From the IMG/VR virus record IMGVR_UViG_3300020183_000042, positions 20,736 through 84,735 of that record: DNA of 64,000 nucleotides; one strand, 5' to 3'. Of this stretch, positions 39,080 to 49,543 are shown in pieces; the stretch's first letter is position 1; each line of letters begins with the position of its first letter. Source of the stretch: a virus. Lineage: Duplodnaviria; Caudoviricetes. Below the pieces are notes generated by a model. The model did no database searches. It saw only the letters and a program-made list of their open reading frames with translations, and was not told the DNA's origin. The position numbers and the translations under genes are program-made.

Positions 39080-39993
39080 ACAATTACTCCATTACATATT
39101 TTAGAGTGGTGTTCTATAGCATAGTCTTTCATTTTGAGTTCCATGTCAATATCAAATTCTAATCCGTATGTATTAAATGGATTTTCAGCAAAATCAGCAT
39201 GGGAACGAGGATTATTTCCGGGTTTACTTTCGCTGTAATGAAAAAGCGGTCTATATCCATGCCATGTATCATAACACATTCTTAGTGCTGTTTCTTCGTC
39301 CAGATTGTCTGGATTACATTTGTGATGAAGATAATCGAAAGTAATTGGTATATTGGTTGCTTTGTGAAAAATATTAACTAGTTCGTTCACATTCCAGCAG
39401 TTAATTTTGTCATCATTTTCAATAACCAGTCTGCTCCTACAATTAGGATCAAGACGATTAAAATTTTGAATAAAGCGACTAATGATTTCAGAGTGTGTTC
39501 CATTTTTGTTGTGAACATGAAGGTTCATTGGGTTGGTATAATTTGCTTCAAGGCCAATTCTGTCGAAGAAACTGCTGTAGAAATTGAGTTCTGTGATTGT
39601 TTTATCCACGGCTTTCTGGTTAGTGGAAGCGAGGACATTAAATTCACTAGGATGAGCAGAAACACGAACCCCAGTGCGGGAAATAGTTTGTGCAATATTA
39701 TCAAACTCATCTTGAATAGCATCATGATTAGGTAAATCTTCTAGGCTAACATTAGCCTCGTCAAAAGTAATTAGAGGAAAAATATCGCTACTAACTCGGT
39801 AAACATAATTATTTTCAGCACAAAATTCAATAGTCTTATCTGTTACCATAAGATTGTTTTGAATTCTGCTACCAAGAATTTCTAGTGCTTCTTCTCGCGG
39901 TAAACTAGAAAAACGCTTATAGGTCATAGTCTGATGACTAAAACCATCCTCTTTAAGTTTGAGACTAATACAGCAAAGGCCGAGTCTGTTCAT
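39076..39993 (-). CDS. uvsE: UV damage endonuclease UvsE, apparently leaderless
   Basis: RLGLCCI, YRVSS.IFP, S.HP..F.VL.S, IENDD, FDYLHH, HYSES, HAD, E.K.KD. Confidence 0.9.
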   Translation of the reverse strand: MNRLGLCCISLKLKEDGFSHQTMTYKRFSSLPREEALEILGSRIQNNLMVTDKTIEFCAENNYVYRVSSDIFPLITFDEANVSLEDLPNHDAIQDEFDNIAQTISRTGVRVSAHPSEFNVLASTNQKAVDKTITELNFYSSFFDRIGLEANYTNPMNLHVHNKNGTHSEIISRFIQNFNRLDPNCRSRLVIENDDKINCWNVNELVNIFHKATNIPITFDYLHHKCNPDNLDEETALRMCYDTWHGYRPLFHYSESKPGNNPRSHADFAENPFNTYGLEFDIDMELKMKDYAIEHHSKICNGVIV

Positions 39994-40024
39994 GGGTGAA
40001 ATCATACCACAGTATCGGCAAAAG

Positions 40025-40222
40025 TCAAGCAGCGTCTTGAGAAATTTCTTCCGCACTATGAATTTTTACCACATGAAATTCTATGCTTGGAGAGTATAAG
40101 ATATTGAATTTTTTAATAGCATCTTCTGATGATTCGGCGTCTAATACCTCATTAACTAACAGATGTTGTTTGTATGGATCGTATAATCTATATACTTGTG
40201 CTGTAATATTAAATTGTTTCAT
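40025..40222 (-). CDS. Hypothetical protein
   Basis: Coupled ORF. Confidence 0.55.
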   Translation of the reverse strand: MKQFNITAQVYRLYDPYKQHLLVNEVLDAESSEDAIKKFNILYSPSIEFHVVKIHSAEEISQDAA

Positions 40223-40859
40223 TGTGCCACCCTAATGCTTCTCCAATAATAGGAAATTGTTCAGTAAAAATACGTTTACATTCTTTGGCTATGATTTGAT
40301 GTTCTTTTTGAGTGCCGTTACTAGAACGCAAATCTATATAATGAATCCATGAGCGAATTGATCCACTCATATAAAGTCTAGTGGGAGTTGCTAGTGGTAA
40401 TATGAATCTGGCACACTCTTTTGCTATTCCATCCTCTATCATTCCATCATACAACGCTTTTGATTTAGCAAAATGCTCGCGGATTCTAGTATACCATTTT
40501 ACTTTGGTTTCAACTTGTATATCGTCTATACTGTTTTGTCTATTTTTAGTATCTTGACGACGAAGTTCAAACAATGGTATTTCTTCTGATAATAATGTTG
40601 TATCAGCATATCGCTGAGAAAATTCTTGATAAGTAAAACTTCTGTGTCGTAGAATTTGAGCAGCAAGTCCTCTTGTGGTATTGATTTCCACAGTCATAAA
40701 TGCCATCTCAAAAATACTCCAGTGTTGGTGATCTATGCAGTATTTTAACAACTTGGATATATTGTCATTATTCTGATTGTTAGGATTGCTTACTCTAGCA
40801 CAGTATGCTATGTGTTTTTCTGCATCTGGAGTAACGCTTACTAGTTTCACATTATCCAT
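40209..40859 (-). CDS. thyX: Flavin-dependent thymidylate synthase
   Basis: [14 protein letters not shown] ThyX signature; HWSIFE; KECAR..LP. Confidence 0.95.
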   Translation of the reverse strand: MDNVKLVSVTPDAEKHIAYCARVSNPNNQNNDNISKLLKYCIDHQHWSIFEMAFMTVEINTTRGLAAQILRHRSFTYQEFSQRYADTTLLSEEIPLFELRRQDTKNRQNSIDDIQVETKVKWYTRIREHFAKSKALYDGMIEDGIAKECARFILPLATPTRLYMSGSIRSWIHYIDLRSSNGTQKEHQIIAKECKRIFTEQFPIIGEALGWHNETI

Positions 40860-41109
40860 AATTACTATCACTAATATGAGCGTCTGTTTTTTCTAGGTTG
40901 TTTTGATATTCTTTTTGGTATTCAACCCACTTATTATCTGTTATATGATTGAAAATCGCTCTAGCAAGTTTACTAACACTTGGAGCAACACCGCTAGTAT
41001 TAGGATCATTAGAATCCAATTTTGCCCAATAATACTGATTATCGTCCTTATCTTTAATAGTCTCATAGCCTTTATTCTTTGCCCAACTTTTAGTTTCTTT
41101 CCAAAGCAT
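40852..41109 (-). CDS. Hypothetical protein
   Basis: Coupled ORF. Confidence 0.6.
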   Translation of the reverse strand: MLWKETKSWAKNKGYETIKDKDDNQYYWAKLDSNDPNTSGVAPSVSKLARAIFNHITDNKWVEYQKEYQNNLEKTDAHISDSNYG

Positions 41110-41110
41110 A

Positions 41111-41722
41111 TTATGTTCCGTGTTTGTATTTTTGATAGAGAGAGTTTATTTTTCTAAAAACTTCTGGAGGAGTATTTTCTACAATAAATTTATCTTCATT
41201 ATCTGTTATGTATGCTTGAAGTTCATCGTTTAATACATCGTTATTATAACCTTTGTCTAAGATAAACTGTCTTACCTTTTTCATTTTTTTCTTGTTGTTG
41301 TCTAATATAGAGTTAACTGTTCGTGCATATTGATCATTTGCGGAATACAAAGCATGACTTAATTCGTGTCTTAAAGTTGCTTGATCTTGAGCGCCAATGA
41401 TATAGAAATTATCGTGTCTGTATCTGAAAAATTCTAGTAGATTGGTTTCGTACTCTGTTAGTGGGTCAAATAAACCTTTTTTAAATGGGTCTAATACTTT
41501 GCTTGGAAAATTAAAACCAATCCAATCTTTGTGATAAGTATCTCCACCATAAGTTAGCGAATACCATTCTCGTAATTGTCCAACTGTGAAAATTTTATCT
41601 CTAAAATCTGGATTGATACTCTCATAATGCTCTTGAAAACGCATAAAAGATAGAGACAATTCTTGCTGAGAATCTGCCTTTATCCACACGCTATTATGCG
41701 GTTGTTTTTGAATAGTGAGCAT
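41111..41722 (-). CDS. Zincin-like (HExxH) protein
   Basis: RFQEHYES, GFNFP, HELSH, DE.QAY. Confidence 0.65.
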   Translation of the reverse strand: MLTIQKQPHNSVWIKADSQQELSLSFMRFQEHYESINPDFRDKIFTVGQLREWYSLTYGGDTYHKDWIGFNFPSKVLDPFKKGLFDPLTEYETNLLEFFRYRHDNFYIIGAQDQATLRHELSHALYSANDQYARTVNSILDNNKKKMKKVRQFILDKGYNNDVLNDELQAYITDNEDKFIVENTPPEVFRKINSLYQKYKHGT

Positions 41723-41919
41723 TATTTATTGTCTTTACCAAGCCATTGAGGAAAATTACTAATATCTAAAGATCCCAACAAAAGCATAGATGGTTTTTCT
41801 GCTAGATTACGAATAGCATAACACTTATTGTGATTAGAATCATAACCACAATCAATAACATCATACTCTGTTACACTATGCAACATTTGTATGAGAGTTT
41901 CAATATCATTCATAATCAA
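41722..41919 (-). CDS. Hypothetical protein
   Basis: Coupled ORF. Confidence 0.5.
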   Translation of the reverse strand: MIMNDIETLIQMLHSVTEYDVIDCGYDSNHNKCYAIRNLAEKPSMLLLGSLDISNFPQWLGKDNK

Positions 41920-42143
41920 GATGGAATTTGTTTATTCTCTGTGTTAGATAGAACATATTTGTTTAGTGTTGCTAGTTTACTATCGGCACTATCTAACAAA
42001 TCAACATATTTCTTTAACTCTAACAACAAATCAGAATGTTCACCAATTCCAACGGGTGAATTTAGGTATACTGATAATGTAGCAACCGCTTCGCTAATTT
42101 GAGCATTGTAATGATCCACAAGGGCTTTTGTAAGAGGATTCAT
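41916..42143 (-). CDS. Conserved small phage protein
   Basis: YL.SPVGIGEH motif. Confidence 0.7.
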   Translation of the reverse strand: MNPLTKALVDHYNAQISEAVATLSVYLNSPVGIGEHSDLLLELKKYVDLLDSADSKLATLNKYVLSNTENKQIPS

Positions 42144-42152
42144 ATTTTCTTT

Positions 42153-42377
42153 CTAGGTTTTGGGTTCGTAATAATTGTTTTTGATTAGTTCCACAACATA
42201 TCGTGAAGTGTCTGGCACGTTGTTACCACCCATATAATAACTAGCCAGAAAATCGAACAAACGTAGTAATTTTTGTTTCTCAACATACTCAGCATGATAT
42301 GATTCGTATTCTAATCCAATATATTCTCCAACACTGTTAGAGAATTTGATGATATTATTGTATAATTGTTTGTTCAT
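42153..42377 (-). CDS. Hypothetical protein
   Basis: ORF in operon. Confidence 0.55.
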   Translation of the reverse strand: MNKQLYNNIIKFSNSVGEYIGLEYESYHAEYVEKQKLLRLFDFLASYYMGGNNVPDTSRYVVELIKNNYYEPKT

Positions 42378-42383
42378 AATAAC

Positions 42384-42692
42384 TCAATGAAGATCAGGGC
42401 AAGTGTTGTTGTTTTGTTTTTGTATCATATCCAGAGCATTATGATATCCATCAGCATAAGCGGATGTTGTATCTCCTTCGTTAGTTGCATATAAAACAAC
42501 TGTTTTATCATCTAAATTTACGAATAAATGCTCATTACCAATACCAAACTGTGCTATAGCAGCATTGTGTCCTAAAAATCTTTCGTATGTATATACGGAT
42601 ATAATTTCTTTTTCCATAATTATACTATCTGTTTGTTTTGCACAACCACAGATTACTGTTATTAGCATAATTAGAATCTTATATTTGGTCAT
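42384..42692 (-). CDS. Putative lipoprotein
   Basis: Signal peptide with lipobox-like ICGC. Confidence 0.55.
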   Translation of the reverse strand: MTKYKILIMLITVICGCAKQTDSIIMEKEIISVYTYERFLGHNAAIAQFGIGNEHLFVNLDDKTVVLYATNEGDTTSAYADGYHNALDMIQKQNNNTCPDLH

Positions 42693-42958
42693 AGTTGCTC
42701 CAGTTTTTCTCTAGATGCTCCAGCGTTAGTCTAGTTGTACCATCGTCGTAGAAACAGTCAAGGTCTGTCTGAGTAATTTTTTTATATTCTGTGGGCCAAG
42801 TGTGGTACAAAACATTCATAACCGATTGACCGTATCACATATCTTCATGTGAACCATATGTTTCATCAACAAGATCTAGGAATATCTGGTTTATCGTAGT
42901 CATCTTTCCCAACTCTGTGATCTATCGCTCTTGCTAAAATAAGCAAATACCTATTCAT
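42682..42958 (-). pseudogene. Fused remnants of two small genes, one with an in-frame TGA (FLDLVDETY...M*YGQ...TDLDCFYDD)
   Basis: Hand translation: MNRYLLILARAIDHRVG... changes frame into a second gene that lacks a start and has a nonsense codon. Confidence 0.5.
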
Positions 42959-43173
42959 AGAACGCTAACACTTGTTTTTGGTTTCTGATTATTTTTACAA
43001 TCTGCTAGTTCTCCCTTTAATTTAATAACATATCTCATCCAGGCATCTATTTCTTCTTGCATATTTAATAATTCGCACTGAACATCCATTAATAATTCTG
43101 GTTGAACGGAACCATATTCATTGACCCAACTATCAAATTTCGACCAAATGTTTTGTCGTCTTTGATTATCCAT
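42955..43173 (-). CDS. Hypothetical protein
   Basis: Coupled ORF. Confidence 0.55.
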   Translation of the reverse strand: MDNQRRQNIWSKFDSWVNEYGSVQPELLMDVQCELLNMQEEIDAWMRYVIKLKGELADCKNNQKPKTSVSVL

Positions 43174-43177
43174 GAAT

Positions 43178-43900
43178 TTATGTCCATAAGTGATGTCGGA
43201 TTTTGATCAATTCGATCAACATCTTTGTATCTTCCTCGTCGTATTCTTCTTCTAGTTCATAAACTTTCTTATATAACTTCTGTTTACTTTTAACTTGTTT
43301 TGTGTCTGTTATATCCTCAATACCCAATTCTGGATTATCAAGAGGATCTTTTCTTAGAGTACGTTTATATTTCCACCACTCATACAATTCTTTGATCTTG
43401 CGAGAACCTTTAGCCTGCTTTGTTAATCGACCTTGGTGCTTTAGGTGATTCGCCCACTGAAAATAATCGTCCTGTGCTTGTTGGCAACGATCTTTTACAA
43501 ACTTATAGTTTTTATCCTTATTCCATTTCATTAAAGAGGAAAGTTCCAACTCTACAAAATCCACCAACTCATTAAATAAGCCATACAGAATACGATGATC
43601 AAGATCATAATACTCACCGGGTTTTAGTCCAGTATGAAGATACTGAATCTTATCAATCCACCTATTACGAATATAAACTTTCGCTGTGTGATAAACATCC
43701 ACTGGAAAATAAATTATGTTCTGTAGTTTGTTGAGAAATTTTTCGCTCAACCAATATCTAAAAGGATGAAGTTTTTTTTGGTTGTTGTGCCATTCTTCCC
43801 ATTTGTGCCATTCAAGAACACAGGGTTTATTATCTCTCCTTATCCAAGTGGCTAATCTTGAACTACTCCAGTAATGTATTCTACTTCTTATCAGTCTCAT
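43178..43900 (-). CDS. Conserved phage hypothetical protein
   Basis: D.D.RIL..LF..LVDFVE.E, ELY.WW, ML..LI.IR..LWT. Confidence 0.7.
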   Translation of the reverse strand: MRLIRSRIHYWSSSRLATWIRRDNKPCVLEWHKWEEWHNNQKKLHPFRYWLSEKFLNKLQNIIYFPVDVYHTAKVYIRNRWIDKIQYLHTGLKPGEYYDLDHRILYGLFNELVDFVELELSSLMKWNKDKNYKFVKDRCQQAQDDYFQWANHLKHQGRLTKQAKGSRKIKELYEWWKYKRTLRKDPLDNPELGIEDITDTKQVKSKQKLYKKVYELEEEYDEEDTKMLIELIKIRHHLWT

Positions 43901-43910
43901 AAATCACCAC

Positions 43911-44246
43911 TTATTCTGGTTCGTATGGTTTAACAATCCACCCTAATCTTATAAGATCAAGACGAATTTCATCTGTTACAAATCCTTCGGTTACAAATCC
44001 ATTTCTATCAGATATTCCAGAACAATAGTAGTCAATATAATCACCATTAGTATCTACCAAATCTGCAACTATTCCACCAGCGTGTCTCCAAGAACAACTC
44101 CATTGTTCGTCGTTATAAAAGAATCTGTTATTACATAATGCGGCATAAAGATTCTGAGCATAAACTGAACTATGTATTGCTTTATTAGCAATAGTATCAC
44201 TTTTGTATAAATCTTTTTCCAAATCTGCTGCCATATTATTTTCCAC
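43911..44246 (-). CDS. Conserved phage hypothetical protein
   Basis: YAQNLYAALCNN, SCSWR.AGGIVA, GDY.D.YCSG. Confidence 0.7.
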   Translation of the reverse strand: MENNMAADLEKDLYKSDTIANKAIHSSVYAQNLYAALCNNRFFYNDEQWSCSWRHAGGIVADLVDTNGDYIDYYCSGISDRNGFVTEGFVTDEIRLDLIRLGWIVKPYEPE

Positions 44247-45225
44247 CTATATTAAAAGATTTTCGTGCGTTTTCTCTAGAGGCAATTAAACTATCGTTAT
44301 CATTATTTTCTTGAGGAATGTGATTTGCCACAACAACCTGACCAGTATTTGGTTGTATTGCTACCCAAAAAGCATCTATTATGGATAATCCTTTGTTTGA
44401 TATCATATCTCTGCGATTAACAATGAAGAAATATACTATCTCAAAAGGATCAATGTATGATACTGGTTTTTGTTTTACTAGAGCATCAAGACAACCAAGT
44501 TTATCAAATACTACTCCTATAGATCCTTCTTGTGATAAATCTCCCCATGTTTGAGAGGTATCATTCCCACTACCACTATATCGGAAATATATAGTCGCAA
44601 CTTTAGGAAAAATCATAGCAACTCCACTTTTTATTGGATGTCTTGCTACTCCAGCAATAATATTTGTTTTTGGTTGAGAGTTGTCTAATCCCCCACAATC
44701 TAATAGTGGATGCCAATAAGAGTTTCGTGAGTTTTGACTAGTTTCTTTATCAATAGATACTTTTGCTGTTGGTGGATTTTCATAGTTGAAACAATACCAT
44801 TCGGACATTTGAAGTCCTCTATAACTCTGATTGGTGGAGTCTGATTGAGCATAAAATCGAACTTTATAACCTCGTTTTAAATCATCCAATGACGCATTGA
44901 GAGGATTTAAACCAACGTCTATTGAGGATGGATAAACTCCGTTGTTTACTGGATTTGGCATTTTAGTAACCTTACATTCTATGAATGGTAGAATATAAGA
45001 ATTACTAATAACAATTCCAGAATTAGATTCTGGTTCTATTACTACTCCGTCACCAACCTCATTACATAATGCTTTGGATTTTGTGTTTCGTAATATACTA
45101 GCAAATTCTTGAGCCGCACTTTTTACTGTTCGACCATCACCGGGTCTACCAAGTAGTAAACCAAATAGTACCACCATTATTGTGGTTACTACTAATAGTT
45201 CTATTACTGTGAACCCCTTACGCAT
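44236..45225 (-). CDS. Prepilin-type (type IV pilin/pseudopilin, FimT/GspH-like) protein
   Basis: MRKG|FTVIELLVV class III signal peptide with E+5; following amphipathic helix. Confidence 0.75.
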   Translation of the reverse strand: MRKGFTVIELLVVTTIMVVLFGLLLGRPGDGRTVKSAAQEFASILRNTKSKALCNEVGDGVVIEPESNSGIVISNSYILPFIECKVTKMPNPVNNGVYPSSIDVGLNPLNASLDDLKRGYKVRFYAQSDSTNQSYRGLQMSEWYCFNYENPPTAKVSIDKETSQNSRNSYWHPLLDCGGLDNSQPKTNIIAGVARHPIKSGVAMIFPKVATIYFRYSGSGNDTSQTWGDLSQEGSIGVVFDKLGCLDALVKQKPVSYIDPFEIVYFFIVNRRDMISNKGLSIIDAFWVAIQPNTGQVVVANHIPQENNDNDSLIASRENARKSFNIGGK

Positions 45226-45287
45226 AACAGCAATCAATACTAATAATTCCACAGCAGCACCTCTACAACTATGATTCTTATACCTTA

Positions 45288-45458
45288 TCAATTTCTTTTT
45301 TTAAATACCTCTTTATAGGAAGGAGCAAAGCACACTACTTGTAAAATTAAAACTGATCCATCTTGGAATTTAAGAGTCAAAATTTCTGGATTACTGAAAG
45401 TCAGAGTATAACTTACAATATCTTTGTGCTGACGTAAAATTTCCAGCAGTTTTTCCAT
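45288..45458 (-). CDS. 56-aa hypothetical protein containing NPEILTLKFQ
   Basis: Hand-translated; TGATG coupling upstream. Confidence 0.5.
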   Translation of the reverse strand: MEKLLEILRQHKDIVSYTLTFSNPEILTLKFQDGSVLILQVVCFAPSYKEVFKKRN

Positions 45459-45643
45459 CACTTCTTCTTTTTAAGAGTCTTGAGAATAGTTATGTATCGT
45501 TCAGCATCAGTCTTATTATCAAATTCTGTGGTAACACTTGCCCCATCACTCTTGGGGAGTTGAATGGGTTGACCATTACTAGCCACAATAAACTTACCAC
45601 GCTTCTCAACCACACTCAGATTATCAGTCATATTAGTCCTCAA
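45458..45643 (-). CDS. Hypothetical protein
   Basis: GAGG RBS; promoter upstream. Confidence 0.6.
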   Translation of the reverse strand: MRTNMTDNLSVVEKRGKFIVASNGQPIQLPKSDGASVTTEFDNKTDAERYITILKTLKKKK

Positions 45644-45684
45644 AAGTTAGTTACAACACACACCATTATTATACATCAAGCCTG

Positions 45685-46128
45685 TTACTTGTCAATGGCC
45701 GCTCTAGAATTCATTATTTTTTGTATTTCCTTAAAACTAACCAGTTTTCCATCACGAACAACAAATACTGTGACCTTACCACTAGACCTAATATAGTCTC
45801 GTCCACCATCAATCATGTTGCCATTGTTGAAACTCTTATAATCATGGCGACTCTGACTATACTCTAACTGCCCCTCATCATTCTCTACCATACCAAAAGT
45901 TAGATTCTCAATACCGTCAGCATTACCCACATACATATCATCACCACGAAAAAATAGGCAAAAATACTTGTTGCCAAACTTTGGATGGGGCGTTTCTCTA
46001 TAGAAAACATCACCAACAGCATCACCAAATTCTGTGGAGCAAACGTGCTTTACCTCAACTCCATCCTTTTCAGAATAGACTTTTTCCGCTTGCTCAATTT
46101 TAGTAATTGGATAGTGTTTGATATTCAT
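45685..46128 (-). CDS. Conserved phage hypothetical protein
   Basis: HP.FGN.YF, YS..RHDY, IDGGRDY.R. Confidence 0.7.
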   Translation of the reverse strand: MNIKHYPITKIEQAEKVYSEKDGVEVKHVCSTEFGDAVGDVFYRETPHPKFGNKYFCLFFRGDDMYVGNADGIENLTFGMVENDEGQLEYSQSRHDYKSFNNGNMIDGGRDYIRSSGKVTVFVVRDGKLVSFKEIQKIMNSRAAIDK

Positions 46129-46300
46129 ACAACCAATCTCCCCAATAAATTTTTAATAGTCTCACTAATATTTACGCCGTTCACAATAAGATCACTATCT
46201 GGATAAGGATTCACCAATAGGCTATGTTTTTCCACATAATCCATAGCACGACTATAACACCAATAAATAGCGTACTTTTCGTCTTTACTTAGTTCTGTGT

Positions 46301-46534
46301 TCATGCTAAAAAATAGATGCTAGGAAGATAATAAAAATCGTAAATCTGTTGCCATGTTGGGAACTCATAAAATGGTTCACCTTCATTTACGCACGATCCA
46401 CTGTTATCATAAACATCGTAAAAATCTACTTTGCGATTATCATAGTCCTCAATACTATTGTAACAAGCAAATACGTTGTAGGTTCCGTATGGAACAGTTT
46501 TGTCATAAATATAAGATGCTACCTGTTCTGTCAT
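46301..46534 (-). CDS. Hypothetical protein
   Basis: GGAG RBS; first gene after a composite promoter. Confidence 0.6.
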   Translation of the reverse strand: MTEQVASYIYDKTVPYGTYNVFACYNSIEDYDNRKVDFYDVYDNSGSCVNEGEPFYEFPTWQQIYDFYYLPSIYFLA

Positions 46535-46603
46535 AGTTGTTCTCCAATGGGTTGTTCAGAGTATACCACAGCATCGGCGTTTGTCAAGCCGAATCTTTAG
46601 AGA

Positions 46604-47257
46604 TTATTTGGAACTTCGTGGATGACCCGTTGGAAGAAGATCATTATCCTGTTTGTAGTTGGGATTTGATGGGCGGCCATTTCTTAGCAAATATAAAAAT
46701 GCGTTAACTCTTGCTATGGCCCATCCATCCCTACTCATTTTAGGAGCATGACTTGTACTAAATGCTCCTGCTCCCCTTCTGTAAACAGCCTTTAACATAC
46801 CAAGAGTAGCCTTACTACCCTTATCTTTTTTATTATGTTCAGTAACTAATGCTTGTAATCTTTTAATTACTGATTCATCAAGAGTTATTTTACCCTTGTC
46901 ATCTTTTGCACTATCTGGTTTGTTTTTCTTTGATCCTTTTTTCTGATCTTTTTTAGGGGCTGGAGTTTTGCGTGGATCATTTGGTCCGGGTTTTCCATAT
47001 TGTAGTGCTTTAGTATTTAGTTTGGATAAATATTCTTCATGATTTTTACCCGGCATAAAAACATTTTTACCATCCTTAGTTTTCATGGTGTGGATATTTT
47101 CTAATCCCATTTCTTTGGCTCGTTTCATAGCCTCGCCAGGATTATCAAATATGTCTTTAGAAAGTTCTTTGCTAGTTCCAGAACTATTATTACAATAACT
47201 CATATCCTTAGCGGATACATAGTCTTGAATTGCTTGTAAGTATTTATTGGTACGCAT
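46604..47257 (-). CDS. Multi-domain basic phage protein (DUF3721-like + DUF5824-like)
   Basis: A..RA.E.G...H......MPG..H; LKAVYRRGAGA...W..ARVN.F; preceded by GGTGTA motif. Confidence 0.65.
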   Translation of the reverse strand: MRTNKYLQAIQDYVSAKDMSYCNNSSGTSKELSKDIFDNPGEAMKRAKEMGLENIHTMKTKDGKNVFMPGKNHEEYLSKLNTKALQYGKPGPNDPRKTPAPKKDQKKGSKKNKPDSAKDDKGKITLDESVIKRLQALVTEHNKKDKGSKATLGMLKAVYRRGAGAFSTSHAPKMSRDGWAIARVNAFLYLLRNGRPSNPNYKQDNDLLPTGHPRSSK

Positions 47258-47277
47258 ACACAGCCTCCTACTGTATA

Positions 47278-47496
47278 TTACACCATATTAATGGGTTTTT
47301 CCACCATGTTATTAATAAAATCGGCCAACCCCATTAATTCATTCCTTGTAAAATTCAAACTCAATATGTCCCAACTAATACTATCACTAAGATCAACACG
47401 ATACAAATCATCTGATATATGCTCAATATCAAATCTGTAAACATCAAGTTTGTGAAAATCTTTTTTGATTAGTGGATTATTCATATCTCTCCTCAC
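47278..47496 (-). CDS. Hypothetical protein
   Basis: GAGGAG RBS. Confidence 0.55.
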   Translation of the reverse strand: MRRDMNNPLIKKDFHKLDVYRFDIEHISDDLYRVDLSDSISWDILSLNFTRNELMGLADFINNMVEKPINMV

Positions 47497-47591
47497 ACCC
47501 TGCTCTACAATCTTTTACCATATTACTCTGAATACAACGCCAGAGTTTACCATTCTTATGAACGGCCACACAATTCATAGCCCCATGCTTT

Positions 47592-48384
47592 TTACAATAA
47601 GATCAAATCAAGATTAACCAAAGACTCTAACACAACACCCATCTTCTGCTTAACTGGTTTCTTCTTTTTTGTAGTTTTCTTTTTCATTATTTATTCTGCA
47701 AATACTTATTAAGTAAGTTATATAATCCTATATATAGAGCCGGGAATAAAAGCAACAAATCTTGTAAATCAAAATGGGAATGTGGACATGGACACAGCCC
47801 AATCATGTGAAGAATGTAATTAATCATTAGTTATTCTACAATAGAACTAAAACAGATCGCCATAGCCGTTATACCAATCGTACACTCTAATGCAAGCCAT
47901 ATAGCCAAGTACGGCAAAAAGAACTAATCCGGCCATTATTTATTCTCCAAATATCCTATCTATAAATGCTACAACTTGCATAAGTGCTATAAAATATAGA
48001 CAATAATATTCCCAGCGAGGTATAGTTATCATTATTCAATCTCAGTTATGCTCAAGAAATTCTATTATTCTAATTTGTTTATCTGAAGGTTTCATTATTT
48101 ATTCTCCAAAATTATTGTTGAGATCATTATAGCAAACAAAATTGACATAATTAATCCTACCAGACTACCTCCAAACCATGCTCCCACAGTCCATATAATT
48201 GCTTCTCTACTCATTATTTATTCTCCTTTAACCAACTATAAAAAATAGCACTAGCCTCAGAATATGATTGGCACATTAGCAATCTGGTAAACTTACCATT
48301 ACTTTTCATACGAAGAATCTCACGGCCCCAAATCATCTCATTACCTTGAGGTTGGCCTAATAGTTTAGTATATTTGTTTTCCAT
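47592..48384 (-). other. Array of 7 coupled micro-ORFs (17-56 aa)
   Basis: 48384-48214, 48214-48095, 48095-48042, 48032-47940, 47936-47847, 47827-47687, 47687-47592; junctions (G)GAGAATAAATAATG or variants. Confidence 0.6.
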
Positions 48385-48738
48385 TTGATTTGTTTCCCAT
48401 TTGTGGAATGATAGCCCTAATCGATACTCTGATTATAAGTTTTTGTGGGTTTGATACCCAATAGACGGCTATGAATTATGGTCAAATTTCGATGCTCTGG
48501 AGTCAATTTCTCGTGAAGATAATCACCAATGACCCTCTTCAAGAGAGCAATTTCTTTATCGGTCAACAATACATTCTTATACATTTTCATCTATACCTAT
48601 TAAGAAAAATACCACTACCCCTAGTAGAGTATACCACACCAATAGGGGTTGTCAAGAGACTTTATCGGCCATTTCCCAGTTTGGCCTTTAATCTTTTTTT
48701 TACCACCGGCAAATTCAATAAGTAAAAATACGCCGATT

Positions 48739-48942
48739 TTATTGAGAAACAGATGATATCCCCTCATTTTCTGGCACTTTTGGCTCAGAGTAGGATTCAG
48801 AAGATGTATAAATGGGGGTTTTATAAGATAGATTGATATAATAATTAACAATATAGTGACTAGAAACCATAGCAAACAGTGTTACTAGACCCACAACAAT
48901 TAAACCTTTGATAAAAGGCTTGTGAAATTCTTCAGTTATCAT
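48739..48942 (-). CDS. Small membrane protein
   Basis: AGGAG RBS; one TM segment. Confidence 0.55.
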   Translation of the reverse strand: MITEEFHKPFIKGLIVVGLVTLFAMVSSHYIVNYYINLSYKTPIYTSSESYSEPKVPENEGISSVSQ

Positions 48943-49360
48943 TTTTGCTCCTATTTATATAGATGGTGGAAATTATGCAGAAAAGAAGTGTGAGTGATAA
49001 AAATATCCAACAAAGAGTTTCATTCATGGTCGTCAGTCTCTTTGGAATATGAGTAGTCTAAGTAGGAATAAAGGGAACCCCAAAGTATTAGACAAATTGA
49101 AATTATAATGGGGCTGTAATCCCTCATAAGACCCAGGGATTATCGTTCATACTTTCTTTTCCTATCTGGAAAATTCTTCATAAAATCTGGATACTCGTTG
49201 GTTACTGTGGGAATAGTGGGGCTTGGTTTCAATAGAAGATATAGAATCCAAATATAAATACTAGTAGTAAGAACCAATCCCAAAAATAAAATCATCTTAA
49301 TCTCCTTTTTTCACTGACTATGAGCAACTGGGGCAAACTTATTAGTTGGGGTAAAACAAA

Positions 49361-49543
49361 TTATTTCTCCTCTTTCTTATATTCTAGTTTTAGAACGTGA
49401 CTAGTATCTTCGGTGGTAATATTTCTAATCTCCAGTATTAAAAGTTTGTTTTGTATATTCTCCCTATTTTCCTGAATGAGTTTATTAATATCTGCTATAA
49501 TTTTTTCTGCCGCAATAGACCTATCTAGTTTATAGACTATCAT
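49361..49543 (-). CDS. Hypothetical protein flanked by two 45-bp elements
   Basis: ORF lies exactly between the copies at 49357 and 49549. Confidence 0.55.
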   Translation of the reverse strand: MIVYKLDRSIAAEKIIADINKLIQENRENIQNKLLILEIRNITTEDTSHVLKLEYKKEEK

